From assembly GCF_963921235.1 (NCBI RefSeq), contig NC_086108.1:44022001-44086000 (forward strand): 64,000 bases of DNA, written 5' to 3'. Below are positions 1 to 13,242 of the stretch, one piece after another. Every line of letters starts with the position of its first letter. Position 1 is the stretch's first letter. The translations under genes and the position numbers were made by a program. Below the pieces are notes generated by a model that saw only the letters and a list, made by a program, of their open reading frames with translations, did not search any database and was not told where the DNA came from. The DNA is from Mobula hypostoma. Taxonomy: Eukaryota.

Positions 1-78
1 AATGAGTGAAGACATTGAGTATCAACAATGCACAGAGCTACAAAAAACAGAATTTGTGATACAACTGGATGAGTTAAT

Positions 79-175
79 TGTGTTCATGCCCAGGGGCTGG
101 GGACTACCCAGACGGTATATGAGGTGTTGCTCCTCCAACCTGAGATGGTATACGAGGTGTTGCTCCTGCCCCATC
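79..175 (-). mobile_element. Penelope-like element 3' fragment
   Basis: Encodes RLEEQHLIYRLGSPQPLGMN, the C-terminus seen in the better PLE copy at 52220-52306. Confidence 0.75.
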
Positions 176-1660
176 CCAGTTGTGAATTCCATTAGCTCAG
201 CCACACAATATCTCTGCAGGAATTCCTCAAGATAGCATCCATGTGTTAAAGGATAGTCCATAAATTCGTGAAAATTACCTTAGTATTCCTTTATTTTTGC
301 ACTTATTTATTTTTAATTTATAGCAAGTTTGTGTGTCTGCACAGTGCTGCTGCCACAAAAACAACAAATTTCACAACATATAAGACATTGATAATAAACC
401 GAATTCTTTATTCTGTTAATTTGGAGCCTGAACGTGCAATCTGGTTGTGTTTATGTTGCAATTCAGCAGCAAGAAAACAGCGGGGATTGTGTGAATTCAG
501 AAGAGTTTTTGTTAATAAGAAATATTATGCATCTAAAGGTGATCTTTAGTGATGAGTATGAGAGATCTTTTGTGGAAAATACTCATCATTTAAACATTTG
601 GAATAGGAATGTTGTCCTATTCCTTGCTTTTTTCAAACCATGAAAGTAGTTTTATTAATGCAATTCAATAATATTCTCAGATCAGCACATTAATGATCTC
701 TCAATGATTATCTTGGCATACATCTCTCCACGACCACAACCTCTTCTCACATCAAGGAGGAAAAGAAACATTCAAGGAACTTCTGGCATTTAGAATTGGG
801 GCCTGGTGAATATTCATAGTTTAGCCAACACAACTAAAATTAGATTATCTGCTCATTATTTAGGTGCTGATTATGGGACCTTTCTGTTTGCAAATAGATG
901 CCCTATTATTAGAACAAATACGGCACTCCAGAAAGTACTTTATCAGTGTAGGAATACAAGCTTTTCCCTTAATTCCCAGTACTCAAAAATCTGACTGCTT
1001 ACGTTTGATCCCAATAACTGTTCACAGTAGCTTTTTCCTGAAGCTTAAGTTACAATAGTGGGAGACTGAATTTATGAAAGACTGATTTAAATTTCAACGG
1101 AGTGAAGAGGGAATCCCAGTCTCTCCGTAAAATAAACAGAAAGTTGCCAATGTATACAATATTAAAAAGAAAAATGTCTGAGAAAAAAAAAGTGAGGGAT
1201 TTGGAGCAAAGCCATACGATCAATTTCAGCCTTTCTGAGTGGGGTGAAATAGTACACAGTTGTTAAAAAAAAATTGGCAATGGGCAAGTACATTAAACAA
1301 AGCGATAAGTCTCCCAGATGCACTGCATAAGATAAGATTGAACTTACAGCGGAAACATACATTTTACAAATGAAGAAACTTACTATATATTTCACATAGT
1401 GATCCCTTAGTAAACTAGAAACAAAAATATCAAGGATGACTAACCCTTTGATTTATTCTTGCAATAAAACTACCCTACATGTGCTACATAAAGGTCATCT
1501 AGGGTTGAATTTCTAGAGATTTATTTTTCATCTACTTGCTTCATGTCTGCTGTGTTGCATAATGAGACAGTGCAATATAATGCCTATGTTTAAGGCAGCG
1601 TGTGCGAACCTTATTGCAGGCAGCCTGCAGGATGGGGCACAAGCTGATGTTTGGCTCCAT

Positions 1661-3071
1661 TTTGCGCTTATACCAGACAGTGATGCAGCCTGTCAGAATG
1701 CTCTCCACGGTACAACTATAGAAGTTTTTGAGTGTATTTGTTGACATGCCAAATCTCTTCAAACTCCTAATGAAGTATAGTTCCTATCTCACTTTCTTTT
1801 ATAACTACATCGATATGTTGAGACAAGGTTAGATCCTCAGAGATCTTGACACCCAGGAACTTGAAGCTGCTCACTCTCTCCACTTCTGATCCCCCTATGA
1901 GGATTGGTATGTGTTTCTTCGTCTTGCCCTTCCTGAAGTCTGCAATCTGCTCTTTCGCCTTACTGACGTTGAGTGTCAGGTTGTTGCTGTGGCACCGGTT
2001 CACTAGTTGGCATATCTCACTCCTGTACACCCTCTCATCGCCACCTGAGATTCTACCAACAATGGTTGTATCGAAAACAAATTTATAGATGGTATTTAAG
2101 CTATGCCTAGCCACACAGTCATGTGCATATAGAGAGTAGAGCAGTGGGCTAAGCACACACCCCTGAGGTGCGCCAGCGAGGAGGATATGTTATCACCAAT
2201 CAGCACAGATCGTGGTCTTCCAGCTAGGAAGTCGAGGATCCAATTGCAGAGGGAGGTACAGAGGCCCAGGTTCTGCAACTTTTCAATCAGGATTGTGGGA
2301 ATGATGGTATTAAATGTTGAGCTATAGTCGATGAACAGCATCCTGACGTAGGTGTTTGTGCTGTCCAGGTGGTCTAAAGCTGTGTGGAGAGCCATTGAGA
2401 TTGTGTCTGCCGTTGACCTATTGTGGCGATAGGCAAATTACAATGGGTTCAGGTTCTTGCTGAGGCAGGAGTTCAGTCTAGTCATGACCAACCTCTCAAA
2501 GCATTTCATCACTGTCGATGTGTGTGCTAATGGGCGATAGTCATTAAGGCAGCTCATATTATTATTCTTAGGCACTGGCATAATTGTTGCCTTTTTGAAG
2601 CAAGTGGGAACTTCCGCCCGTGGCAGTGAGAGGTTGAAAATGGCTTTGAGTACTCCCGCTAGTTGGTTGGCACAGGTTTTTAGAGCCTCATCAGGTACTC
2701 CATTGGGACCTTCCGCTTTGCGAAGGTTCACTGTCTTTAAAGACAGCCTAACATCGGCCTCTGAGACAGAGATCACAGGGTCATCAGGTGCAGCAGGGAT
2801 CTTCACAGCTGCAGTTGTGTTCTCCCTTTCAAAGCGTGCATAGAAGACGTTGAGTTCATCTGGTAGTGAAGCATCGCTGCCATTCATGCTATTGGGTTTC
2901 GCTTTATACGAAGTAATGGCTTGCAAACCCTGCCAGAGTTACCGTGCATCAGATGCTACCTCCAACCTCGTTGGAAATTGTCTCTTCTCCCTTGAAATAG
3001 CCCTCCATAAATCATACCTCATTTACCTGGTTTTTTTGGTATAGGCCTGGGTCACCAGACTTGAATGCCAC
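1661..3071 (-). mobile_element. Rex1/Babar LINE, RT region (3' part of a copy split by a CR1)
   Basis: [56 protein letters not shown] motifs with frameshifts. Confidence 0.9.
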
Positions 3072-4253
3072 AGCCTTTGACAAGGTGCCACACATGAGGC
3101 TACTTAACAAGATAAGAGCCCAAGGAATTACGGGAAAGTTACATACATGGATAGAGTGTTGGCTGATTGGCAGGAAACAGAGAGTGGGAATAAAGGGATC
3201 CTATTCTGGTTGGCTGCCGGTTACCAGTGGTGTTCCACAGGGATGAGTGTTGGGCCGCTTCTTTTTACATTGTACATCAACGATTTGGATTATGGAATAG
3301 ATGGCTTTGTGGCTAAGTTTGCTGACTATACAAAGATAGGTGGAGGGGCCAGTAGTGCTGAGGAAATGGAGAGTCTGCAGAGAGACTTGGATAGATTGGA
3401 AGAATGGGCAGAGAAGTGGCAAATGAAGTACATGTTGGAAAGTGTATGGTTATGCACTTTGGCAGAAAAAATAGACAGGCAGACTATTATTTAAATGGGG
3501 AAAGAATTCAAAGTTCTGAGATGCAACGGGACTTGGGAGTCCTCGTACAGGATACCCTTAAAGTTAACCTCCCGGTTGAGTCAGTAGTGAAGAAGGCAAA
3601 TGCAATGTTGGCATTCATTTCTAGAGGAATAGAGTATAGGAGCAGGGATGTGATGTTGAGGCTCTATAAGGCGCTGGTGAGACCTCACTTGGAGTACTGT
3701 GGGCAGTTTTGGTCTCCTTATTTAAGAAAGGATGTGCAGACATTGGAGAGGGTACAGAGAAGATTCACTAGAATGATTCCGGGAATGAGAGGGTTAACAT
3801 GAGGAACGTTTGTCCGCTCTTGGACTGTATTCCTTGGAGTTTAGAAGAATGAGGGGAGACCTCATAGAAACATTTCGAATGTTGAAAGGCATGGACAGAG
3901 TGGATGTGGCAAAGTTGTTTCCCATGATGGGGGAGTCTAGTACGAGAGGGCATGACTTAAGGATTGAAGGGCGCCCTTTCAGAACAGAAATGCGAAGAAA
4001 TTTTTTTAGTCAGAGCGTGGTGAATCTATGGAATTTGTTGCCACGGGCAGCAGTGGAGGCCAAGTCATTGGGTGTATTTAAGGCAGAGATTGATAGGTAT
4101 CTGAGTAGCCAGGGCATCAAAGGTTATGGTGAGAAGGCAGGGGAGTGGGACTAAATAGGAGAAAATGGATCAGCTTATGATAAAATGGCGGAGCAGACTC
4201 GATGGGCCGAATGGCCTACTTCTGCTCCTTTGTCTTATGGTCTTATGGTCTTA
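3072..4253 (+). mobile_element. CR1 LINE, 5'-truncated, inserted into Rex1
   Basis: AFDKVPH, VTSGVPQG, KFAD, RPHLEYC motifs; 3' tail (TCTTATGG)n; Rex1 resumes after it. Confidence 0.92.
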
Positions 4254-4779
4254 TCTAGCCTTCAGCAGATGACGTACTTCCTGGATCATCCACGGCTTTT
4301 GGTTTGGGAATGTCCTCTAAGTCTTTGTCGGCACACACTCAGCCACACAGGTTTTAATGAAGTTGGTAACAACTGCAGCACACTTATCCAGGTCCGAAGA
4401 TGAATCCCTGAATACAGTCCAGTCCACTGATTCAAAGCAGTTTTGTAGGTGCTCCTATGCTTCCCTTGTCCAAACCTTCTTGGTCCTCACTGCTGGTGCT
4501 GCAGTCTTCAAACTCTGCCTATACTCAGGGTGTAGAAGTACAGCCGGGTGATCAGACTTCCTGAAGTGAGGGTGTGGAAAAGCAAGGTAGGCATTCTTGA
4601 TGGTGGTGTAGCAATGGTCCGGTGTGTTGTTTCCTCTGGTATTGCAAGTGATCTGTTGATGGTAATTGCTTAGTGATTTCTTCAGATTGGCCTGGTTAAA
4701 ATCTCCCAAAACAATGGTGAAGGCATTAGAGTACACTGTTTCGTGCATGTTGATCCCATTGCTCAGATCATCTAAGGCA
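4254..4779 (-). mobile_element. Rex1/Babar LINE, endonuclease end (5' part of the split copy)
   Basis: GDFN and SDH APE-endonuclease motifs in ORF 4455-4748. Confidence 0.85.
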
Positions 4780-5215
4780 GTAATTATATATGTGTACGTT
4801 AAATTGTTAGATTAAAAATAGTGCAAAACAGAAATAATATTTTTTTTAAAAGTGAGGTAGTGTTCATGGGTTCAATGTCCATTCAGAAATTGGGCCGCAG
4901 AGGGGAAGAGGCTGTTCCTGAATTGCTGGGTGTGTGCCTTCAGGCTTCTGTGTGCCCTTCCTGACTGTAACAATGAGAAAAGGGCATGTCCTGGGTGATG
5001 GGCTATTTAATCATGGCAGTAGAGGAGGCGATAGACAAACATGTCAGAATGGGAATGGGAAATAGAATTGAAATGGGCGGTCACTGGGAAGTTCTTCCTT
5101 TTGCGGCAGACAGAGTAAAAGTACTCAACAAAGCGGTTCCCCAGTCTGTGTGAGATCACATTGATGTAGAGGAGGCCATACCAGGAACACCAGATACAAT
5201 AGATGACCTCAAAAC
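4780..5215 (-). mobile_element. Adjacent Rex1 3' fragment (~4780-5005) and PLE fragment (~5008-5215)
   Basis: Similar to the Rex1 3' end at 28298-28350; GIY-YIG-like VIYCIWCSW.GLLYI...RLGNRFVE. Confidence 0.7.
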
Positions 5216-6240
5216 TGTGTTCAGTACGTGGAAGCCACTCAAAGGCAAAATTTTGAGAGTGCAGAGTTTGCATGTTCCTGCCAGGATTAAAGGAAAAGTT
5301 AACAGGCATAGGGAACCTTGGTTTTCAAGGGATATTGGCGATCTGGTTAAGAAAAAGAGTGAGGTGTATATAGGCAACAAGGAATAAATGAGGTACTTGA
5401 AGAGTATAGAAAACTTAAGAAATTACTAAAGAAGGAAACCAGGAAGGCAAAAAGAAGACATGAGGTTGCTTTCGCAGATAATGTGAAGGTAAACCCGAAG
5501 GGTTTCTACAAGTATATTAAGAGTAAAAGGATAGTAAGGGACAAAATTGGTCTCCTAGAAGATCAAAGTGGTCGTCTATGTGTGAAGCCTCACGAGATGG
5601 GGGAGATCTTAAACAATTTTTTTCTATCAGTATTTACTCAGGAAACTGGCATAGCGTATATGGAAGGAAGGGAAACAAGCAGCAGTGTCATGGAACATAT
5701 AGAGATTAAAGAGGAGGAGGTGCTTGCTGCCTTACAGCGAATGAAGGTAGATAAATCCCTCCGGCCTGACATGATATTTCCTTGGACCTTGGGAGAGACT
5801 AGTGTAGAAATTGCAGGGGCCCTGGCAGAAATATTTAAAATGTCCCTAGCCACGGGTATGGTGCCGGAGGATTGGAGGGTAGCTCATGTTGTTCTGTTGT
5901 TTAAAAAAGGCTCCAAAAGTAAACCAGGTAATTACAGGCCAGTGAGCCTGACATCAGTAGTAGGTAAATTATTGGAAGGTGTTCTGAGAGATCGGATATA
6001 CAAGTATTTGGGACAGCCAAGGGCTGATTAAGGATAGTCAGCATGGCTTTATGCATGGTAGATCGTGTTTAACGAATCTTGTAGAGTTTTTCGAGGAGGT
6101 TACCAAGAAAGTGGACGAAGGAAAGGCTGTGGATGTTGTCTGCATGGACTTTAGTAAGGCCTTTGACAAGGTCCCACATGGGAGGTTAGTTCCGAAGGTT
6201 CAAACACTAGGTATCCTTGGAGAGGTTGTAAACTGGATTT

Positions 6241-6374
6241 TAGTCCTGACGAAGGGTCTCGGCCTGAAACGTCGACTGCGCCTCTTCCTATAGATGCTGC
6301 CTGGCCTGCTGCGTTCACCAGCAACTTTGATGTGTGTTGCTTGAATTTCCAGCATCTGCAGAATTCCTGTTGTT
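6241..6374 (+). mobile_element. 134-bp PLE-derived mini-element with hammerhead motif
   Basis: TSD TGGATTT (6234-6240 / 6375-6381); sequence matches the PLE terminal repeat at 52567-52661. Confidence 0.85.
6242..6277 (+). ncRNA. Minimal type I hammerhead ribozyme motif (predicted)
   Basis: AGTC-CTGACGA-AGGgtctcggCCT-GAAA-C-GTC^GACT: both core boxes, helix II, GUC triplet, helix I AGTC/GACT. Confidence 0.7.
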
Positions 6375-8906
6375 TGGATTTGAAATTGGCTGTTTGGGAG
6401 AAGACAGAGAGTGGTAATGGATGATTGCTTATCAGACTGGAGGCCTGTGACTAGTGGTGTGCCTCAAGGATCTGTGCTGGGACCATTGTTGTTTGTTGTC
6501 TATATCAGTGATCTAGATGATAATGTGGTAAATTGGATCAGCAAGTTTGCTGATGACACTAAGATTGAAAGCGTTGTGGACAGCAAGGAAGGCTTTCAAA
6601 GCTTGCAGAGGGATCCGGACCAACTGGAAAAATGGGCCAGAAAATGGCAGATGGAATTTACTGCAGACAAGTGTAAGGTGTTGCATTTTGGAAGGACAAA
6701 TTAAGGTAGGGCATACACAGTAAATGATAGGGCACTGAGGAGTGCAGAGGAACAAAGAGATCTGGGAGTTCAGATACATAATTCCCTGAAAGTGGTGTCA
6801 CAGGTAGACAGGGTTGTAAAGAAGGCTTTTGGCCTGGCATTCATAAATCAAAGTATTGAGTATAGGAGTTGGGATGTTATGGGGAGGTTGTATAAGACAT
6901 TGGTGAGGCCAAATTTGGAGTATTGTGTACAGATCTGGTCACCTAACTATAGGAAGGATATCAGTAAGATTGAAAGAGTGCAGAGAAGATTTACTAGGAT
7001 GTTGCCGGGTCTTCAGGAGTTGAGTTACAGGGAAAGATTGAACAGGTTAGTACTTTATTCCTTGGAGCGTGGAAGAATGAGGGGAAATTTAGTAGAGGTT
7101 TACAAAATTATGAGGAGTATAGACAGAGTAAATGTGAATAGGCTCTTTCCACTTAGATTAAGAGAGATAAACATGAGAGGACATGGCTTTAGGGTGAAAG
7201 GAGAAGGGTTTTGGGGGAAACATTAGGGGGAACTTGTTCACTCAGAGAGTGGTGGGAGTGTGGAATGAGCTGCCATCTGACATGGTAAATGTGGGCTCAC
7301 TCTTATGTTTTAAGAATAAATTGGATAGGTACGTGGATGGGAGAGGTCTGGAGGGTTATGGACTGGATGCAGGTCAATGGGACTAGTGGAATAATGTTTC
7401 GGCACAGACTAGAAGGACCAAATGGCCTGTTTTCTGTGCTGTAGTGTTCTATGGTTCTAAAGACTTGCAGATGAAATGTTACTTATAGGGCCACTAAGAA
7501 TCCCAACATACTGGTTTTCAATTAAAGAAAACTTTTATTCTGGAAAGCAGAGCAATGTGGACAGAAGCCAGATCCACTGACTATCCAGGTTATTCCAAAA
7601 AGCAATTAAACTAAACACTAACATGGATAAAGAAAGATAAATACATGAATGCTATATAATAATGATTATGCAGTGATACAAAACATATTTATTTTAAACT
7701 GGAAAGTGGTGACAATACCCAGCAGGTCAGTTAGGTCTCAAAGTGAGAAATAGGTTAATTGTTTGAATGAAAATCACCAACAGGTCTGAAACATTAATTT
7801 GTTTTTCTCTTCAGGATACTGACAGTGTGTTTTCCCTTTTAATTTCAGATTTACAGTGTTAATTATGTACCACCTTACTTGAAGATTTTAAACTAAGCTT
7901 TGCTAAGAACACCACTTCAAGCATTAGGAATTTTTGACGTAATTTTTAATGTTGGCCAGTAAATTGTCATATTCAGTGTTCAATCAGTATAATAAAATTT
8001 ACATTGTACTTCTGCAAAGTAAATTGTACACGAGATGCAAAACCTCAAGCTATCTCTCAGTAGCAGCTTTAGGTTTTTCAGCAGAAGAAACATCAAAGTT
8101 TCCTCTACATATCTATGCTAGAGACTGAGATTTTCTCAATTGCTATTTTACTGAATGCACAAACATGTGGTTTATTTTGCTACTTGAGAAGAAACTGCCT
8201 TTTCAATGTGTTATCTGTTATTTGTTGATACTACTGATACATTTGCATTCTCAAATCTTATTCTTTTTAAATTAACCATTGCAGTACAACCATTCATTAA
8301 CATCAGCAAAATAGCTTTTGTAACAAATTGTTGGAATAAGATGTAACTTTGGACCCATTACTCTAGATTAGTACTAAAGGTAATATTGTGTATACTTTTA
8401 AGTCATTGATCAGTACATGTATTATTAAGACATTACTTATTGCATTTTATTCTCCATAAATCGTACCATCATAAAGACAATAGAATAGTCCTTGTTGAGA
8501 ACTATGTCCTTGCCTGTGACCCTCTTATACGTTTCAGTTGCCTACAAATTTGGCAAGCAACTCAACAGTTTCCTTCTTTTGATGCTGACGCATTTCTAAT
8601 TGTTTTTTCACTTATGCCTCATTAGATTTTCCCAGCACTAGACTTGAAGCTTTTATTCACTAGGGAGTTGCAGTATGTGAGCATTAGAAAACTGTTTCCT
8701 TATAAGGTTTGATGGAACAGACATGTAAGATATGTTATCTAGTTCAAACTTTCAATAATGGAGTTCCTGGTCTTCTCTGAACATTTGTTTCATCCAACCA
8801 CTTGTGCCTCCACTCCTTTATCATCCTGAGAAGTATTCTAAATTCAGGATATCCTCTGATGCGTAACTTAGTATCTGTTATTGTTGTCTCTCATTGCTTT
8901 TTGTAG

Positions 8907-8998
8907 GGATATGTCGATCCATAGGAGTGAGCAATTTCCTCATTTCTCATTTAGAGCAGCTGAAGGAAGACTGTGACATCATCCCACATGTCAATCAG
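8907..8998 (+). CDS. Aldo-keto reductase internal exon (upstream exons lie before the window)
   Basis: ttttgtAG acceptor, CAG|GTgaga donor; phase-1 start; translates (G)ICRSIGVSNFLISHLEQLKEDCDIIPHVNQ with the AKR 'SIGVSNF...L' motif and the VNQ motif. Confidence 0.93.
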
Positions 8999-9369
8999 GT
9001 GAGAGTCTTATGCATGAGCATATGCATGCATAGAAAGAAAGGAAGTTTGGTCATCCTACAAATCACGTACAGTACAACTTGTTTTATTACACCTAATTTC
9101 TTGTCTTGATTAAAATTTTTCATGAACATGGAAAGATTCTCAAATAAAGCTACAAAATACTTATCCCTTCCTAAATCTTGATTGTTCAGCCTTACTATAT
9201 TGTTCTCTTAGGGCACAGTTTGAAAAGGATCTTCTGAAAACAATACTACCCAGAATCTACATTGTGAATCCCGGACCCAACCAATTCCCATGAGTATTAG
9301 AAAATGTAATTTAGCCACCACTGCACAGTGACTTAGCTTAGTGGCCAGATACGTTTTGGGAGCACAAAA

Positions 9370-9485
9370 TAATCTGCAGATGCTGTTGTCAAAGGAACAC
9401 TCACAATGCACTGGAGGAACTCAGCAGGTCAGTCAGTATCAGTTGAAAAGATTATTCGACGTTTTGGGCCAAAACCCTTCGTTTT
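9370..9485 (-). mobile_element. PLE terminal-repeat fragment
   Basis: ctggaggaactcagcaggtcag...tcgacgttttgggcc..cccttcg is the reverse complement of the repeat at 52571-52650. Confidence 0.7.
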
Positions 9486-10122
9486 GGGAAACCATGGCTC
9501 TCTGCCAACCCTGTTAAATAGAAGTATATTCAAAGACAACGTGTTAACTAATCCTGCGATGTTATTTCTGAAATATTTTGTCCGTAGTTTCAGACTATCA
9601 TGGTGATTAAAGTTAAATTGTCATATAATTCTTTCAGAAGAGGTATAACTTCACCTATTTTGAGCTTCATTGCCAGATTGATGAGTTCAAAGTCAAGGTT
9701 ATTGTCAAGTGCAATGAAAAACTTATTTGCAGCAGAATCATAGCATCATATACAGTCCTTATAAAAAGTAGTCCCCCACCACCACCCTGGAAGTTTTCAT
9801 GTTTTATTGTTTTACAACATTAAATCACAGTGGATTTAATTTGGCTTTTTTGACACTGATCAACAGAAAAAGATTTTTGTGTCAAAGTGAAGGCAGATCT
9901 CTACAATGTGATCTAAATTAATTACAAATATAAAACACAAAATAAATTAATGCATAAGTATTCACCACCTTCAAGTGCACCTTTGGCAGCAATTACAGCC
10001 TTGAGTCTGTGTGGATAGGTCTCTATCGTCTTTGCACATCTGGACACTGCAATTTTTCCCCATTCTTCTTTACAGAACTGCGCATGCTCTATCAGATTGT
10101 TTGGGAACAGCTTCTTTTCAAC

Positions 10123-10395
10123 TGTGAGAAGACTGCTGAACGGATCCTGACCCGGATCTGGGCTGTACCCTCCAAATATCCGGACCTACCTCTCTGTTTT
10201 TTTGTACTACCTTACTTCCCATTTTTCTATTTTCTATTTATGATTTATAATTTATATGTTTAATATTTACTAATTTTAACTGTTTTTAATATTTTAATAT
10301 TTAATATTTGTAATCCAGGGAGTGTGAAGTGCAGAATCAAATATCGCTGTGATGATTGTACGTTCTAGTACCAATTGTTTGGCGGCAATAAATTA
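10123..10395 (+). mobile_element. Short LINE 3'-end insertion inside the Tc1
   Basis: Interrupts Tc1 sequence; T-rich 3'UTR ending in caataaa, as in Rex1-type 3' ends. Confidence 0.5.
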
Positions 10396-10560
10396 TGAAG
10401 ATTGCATGGGGATCATGTGTGAACAACACTTTTCAAGTCCAGCCACAAATTCTCAAATGGATTTAGATCTGGACTGTGACTTGGCCACTCCAGGATATTA
10501 ACATTGTTGTTTTTAAGCCATTCCTGTGTAGCTTTGGCTTTACGCTTGGGGTCATTGTCT

Positions 10561-11529
10561 ACATAAGGACATAAGGAATAGGAGCAGGAGTAGGCCATCT
10601 GGCCCATCGAGCCTGTCCTGCTGTTCAATAAGATCATTGCTGATCTGTCTGTAAACTCAGCTCCATCTACCTGCCTTTTCCCCATAATCCTTAATTCCCC
10701 TACTATGTAAAAACCTATCTAACTGTATCTTAAATATATTTGGTGAAGAAGCCTCAACTACTTCCCTGGGCAGAGAATTCCACAGATTCACCACTCTCTG
10801 GGAAAAACAGTTTCTCCTCATCTCCATCCTAAATCTTCTCCCCTGAATCTTGAGGCAATGTTCCCTAGTTCTAGTCTCACCTACCAATGGAAACAATTTT
10901 CCTACTTCTATCTTATCTATCCCTTTCAAAATTTTGTATGTTTCTATAAGATCCTCTCCCATTCTTCTGAATTCCAGAGAGTATAGACCCAGATGACTCA
11001 ATCTCTCCTCGTAGGTTAACCTCTTCATCTCTGCAATCAACCTGGTGAACTTCCTCTGCACTGTCTCCAAAACCAGTATATCCTTCCTCAAGTATGGAGA
11101 CCAGAACTGCACACGGTACTCCAGATGCGGTCTCACCAGTACCCTGTATAGTTGCAGCATGACCTCCCTGGTCTTGAATTCAATCCCTCTAGCAATGAAG
11201 GCCAATATTCCGTTTGCCATCTTAATAACCTCTTGTACCTGCAAACTAACTTTTTGCGATTCATGAACAAGCACTCCCAAGTCCCTCTGCACAACAACAT
11301 GCTGCGATCTTTCACCATTTAAATAATAATCTGCTCTTCTATTATTCCTTCCAAAGTGGATGATCTCGCATTTACCAACGTTGTATTCCATCTGCCAGAC
11401 CTTGGCCCAATCACTTAACCTATCTATATCCCTCTGTAAACTCTCCACATCCTCTGTACAGTTTGCCTTTCTACTCAGTTTCGTGTCATCAGCAAATTTT
11501 GCCACTCAGTCCCCTCTTCCAAATCATCA
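10561..11529 (-). mobile_element. CR1 LINE 3' part, relatively young, inside the Tc1 transposase
   Basis: Uninterrupted 282-aa ORF 10657-11505 (KFADDTKL...RPHLEY...FSQRVVNLWNSLP); repeat tail at 10561. Confidence 0.93.
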
Positions 11530-12964
11530 GTAGCTGGTAAACAAATATTTTCCCAAGTTACAGTTCACTTGCGGACTGGATCAGGTTTTCCTCCAGGATT
11601 TCCCTGTATTTTGCTGCATTCATTTTACCATCTACCTTCACAAGTCTTCCAGGGCCTCCTGCAGTGAAGCATCTGCATAGCATGATGCAGCCACCACTAT
11701 GTTTCACGAAAGGGATGGCGTCACTGAAGCTTGAAACTCCTCCAGAGTTGTCATAGGTTACTTGGTAGCCTCTCTCACTAGTCCCTTTCTTGCACAGTCA
11801 GTCAGTTTTAGAGGAAGGCCTGCTCTTGGCAGATTTACAGCTGTGCCATGTTCTTTCCATTTCTTGATGATTAACTTAACTGTACTCCAAGGGATATTCA
11901 GCTATTTGGAAATTTTCTTGTATCCATGTCCTGACCTCTGTTTTTCAATAACCTTTTCACGGAATTGCTTAGAGTGTTCTTTTGTTCTCATGGTGTAGTT
12001 TTTGCCAGAATACTGACTCACCAGCAGTTGGACCTTCTAGATACAGGTGTATTTTTACTATAATCAATTGAAACACCTTGACTGCACACTGTGATCTATA
12101 TTTAAGTAATTATGTGACTTCTTTGTAGAGATCTTTTTTTCACTTTGACATGAAAGAATCTTTTCTTGTTGATCAGTGTCAAAAAAGCCAAATTAAATCC
12201 TCTGTGATTCAATGTTGTAAGACAGTAAAACATGAAAACTTCCGGGGGCGGGGGTGAATGCTCTTTATAGGCACTGTAAGCAGCATTCACAAGAAAACAA
12301 ATAAGCATAATTTATACACATCTTTTTACAAGAAAAGACAATTAGAACAAAACAAACAAGTCCATTTTAGTGGAAAATGATCATAGTGTTGATAAACTGT
12401 AACGATTTTGGTTTTGCTGCCTGGTTCTAGATGTTAATTAGGGGTAATCAGGGAGCATGTGCTTTGTATAGCCCTGGAGTTTTACATATTGTAATGTTGT
12501 TCAACTTCAGTGCCATTGTGAATTAGGAGTACTGTATTGCAGAAGTTCTGTCCTTGCATTCAAAAGTCCTGAAGAATAAAATGCAATAACTGGACATGAC
12601 TGGGATATATGGCACCAATAAAGATAGATACAATGTAATTTAAATAAAAGGGCCCTGCTCAATGCATTAAAGTAGCCAAAACAGTTAAATCACCATTGAA
12701 TAGAGTTTACTGTGATGGATAGAGAGTTCAGTTAATTATTTATGTTGCGTGGCTAGCCATTTGAAATGTAAACTGTGAATGTTGAGGGAATCCCAGTTTC
12801 CTGTTTGTTTTTTTTATTTGTGTTCTATTTACGAGACCTTACTTTCTCATATATAAAATTTCACTTCAAAGATGTATGGTCACTGCTGAACAGTTGGAAG
12901 ATGCAATCAGAGTTGTTGTTTGCCAAGTTTATATAATTAACACAATAATTTTACAATTTTACAA

Positions 12965-13185
12965 TTCTCCGTGCAACCTATAATCCGCACAGTCCTACTA
13001 TCTCCTGCTACTAGAGGCAATTTATATCGGTCAATTAAGCTACCAAACTGCTCATCTTTGGGATGCAGGAGGGATCTGGAGCACTTGGAGAAACTCACGT
13101 GGTCATAGGGAGTTCACCTCTTGTTCTGCAAATTCGATGCAGACTGCACCAGAGGTCAGGATTGAACATAGGTTGCTGGTGCAGG
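12965..13185 (-). mobile_element. tRNA-derived HE1/V-type SINE, decayed
   Basis: Minus strand has B-box-like GTTCAATCC followed by gtttctccaagtgctccag...catcccaaagatg...taattg, resembling the V-SINE central domain. Confidence 0.65.
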
Positions 13186-13242
13186 GGTCCCCTCATGTGA
13201 ACTCTCCACTCCATAATCTATTTGTAACTTATCTGCACCTTT

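Larger units (their letters stand above)
5216..7459 (+). mobile_element. CR1 LINE, ORF2 remnant (interrupted at 6241-6374)
   Basis: PEDWR, GNYRPVSLTS, SCLTNL, DFSKAFDKVPH, SGVPQGSVLGP, KFADDTK motifs; TTCTATGG-type tail. Confidence 0.92.
9753..12276 (-). mobile_element. Tc1-family DNA transposon with long TIRs, decayed, hosting two LINE insertions
   Basis: TA-CAGTCCTTATAAA...TTTATAGGCACTG-TA; long imperfect TIRs (>150 bp); minus-strand DNDPK.....[16 protein letters not shown] transposase remnant at 10413-10560. Confidence 0.9.

Noticed and set aside
112..168. Tandem duplication of ggtata(t/c)gaggtgttgctcct
   Set aside because: Local duplication inside a dead PLE fragment; no sign of function
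1..8900. Upstream AKR exons carrying the catalytic D/Y/K/H residues
   Set aside because: No DTA, LxHWP or W.ALE-type motifs with splice sites found; they probably lie before the window
8894..9109. ORF-track products at 8894-9109 and 23173-23361 as complete small proteins
   Set aside because: They are AKR exons read through into introns; splice sites define the real boundaries
10657..11505. 282-aa ORF as a host gene
   Set aside because: It is the C-terminal part of CR1 ORF2, with a CR1 tail, inserted in a Tc1
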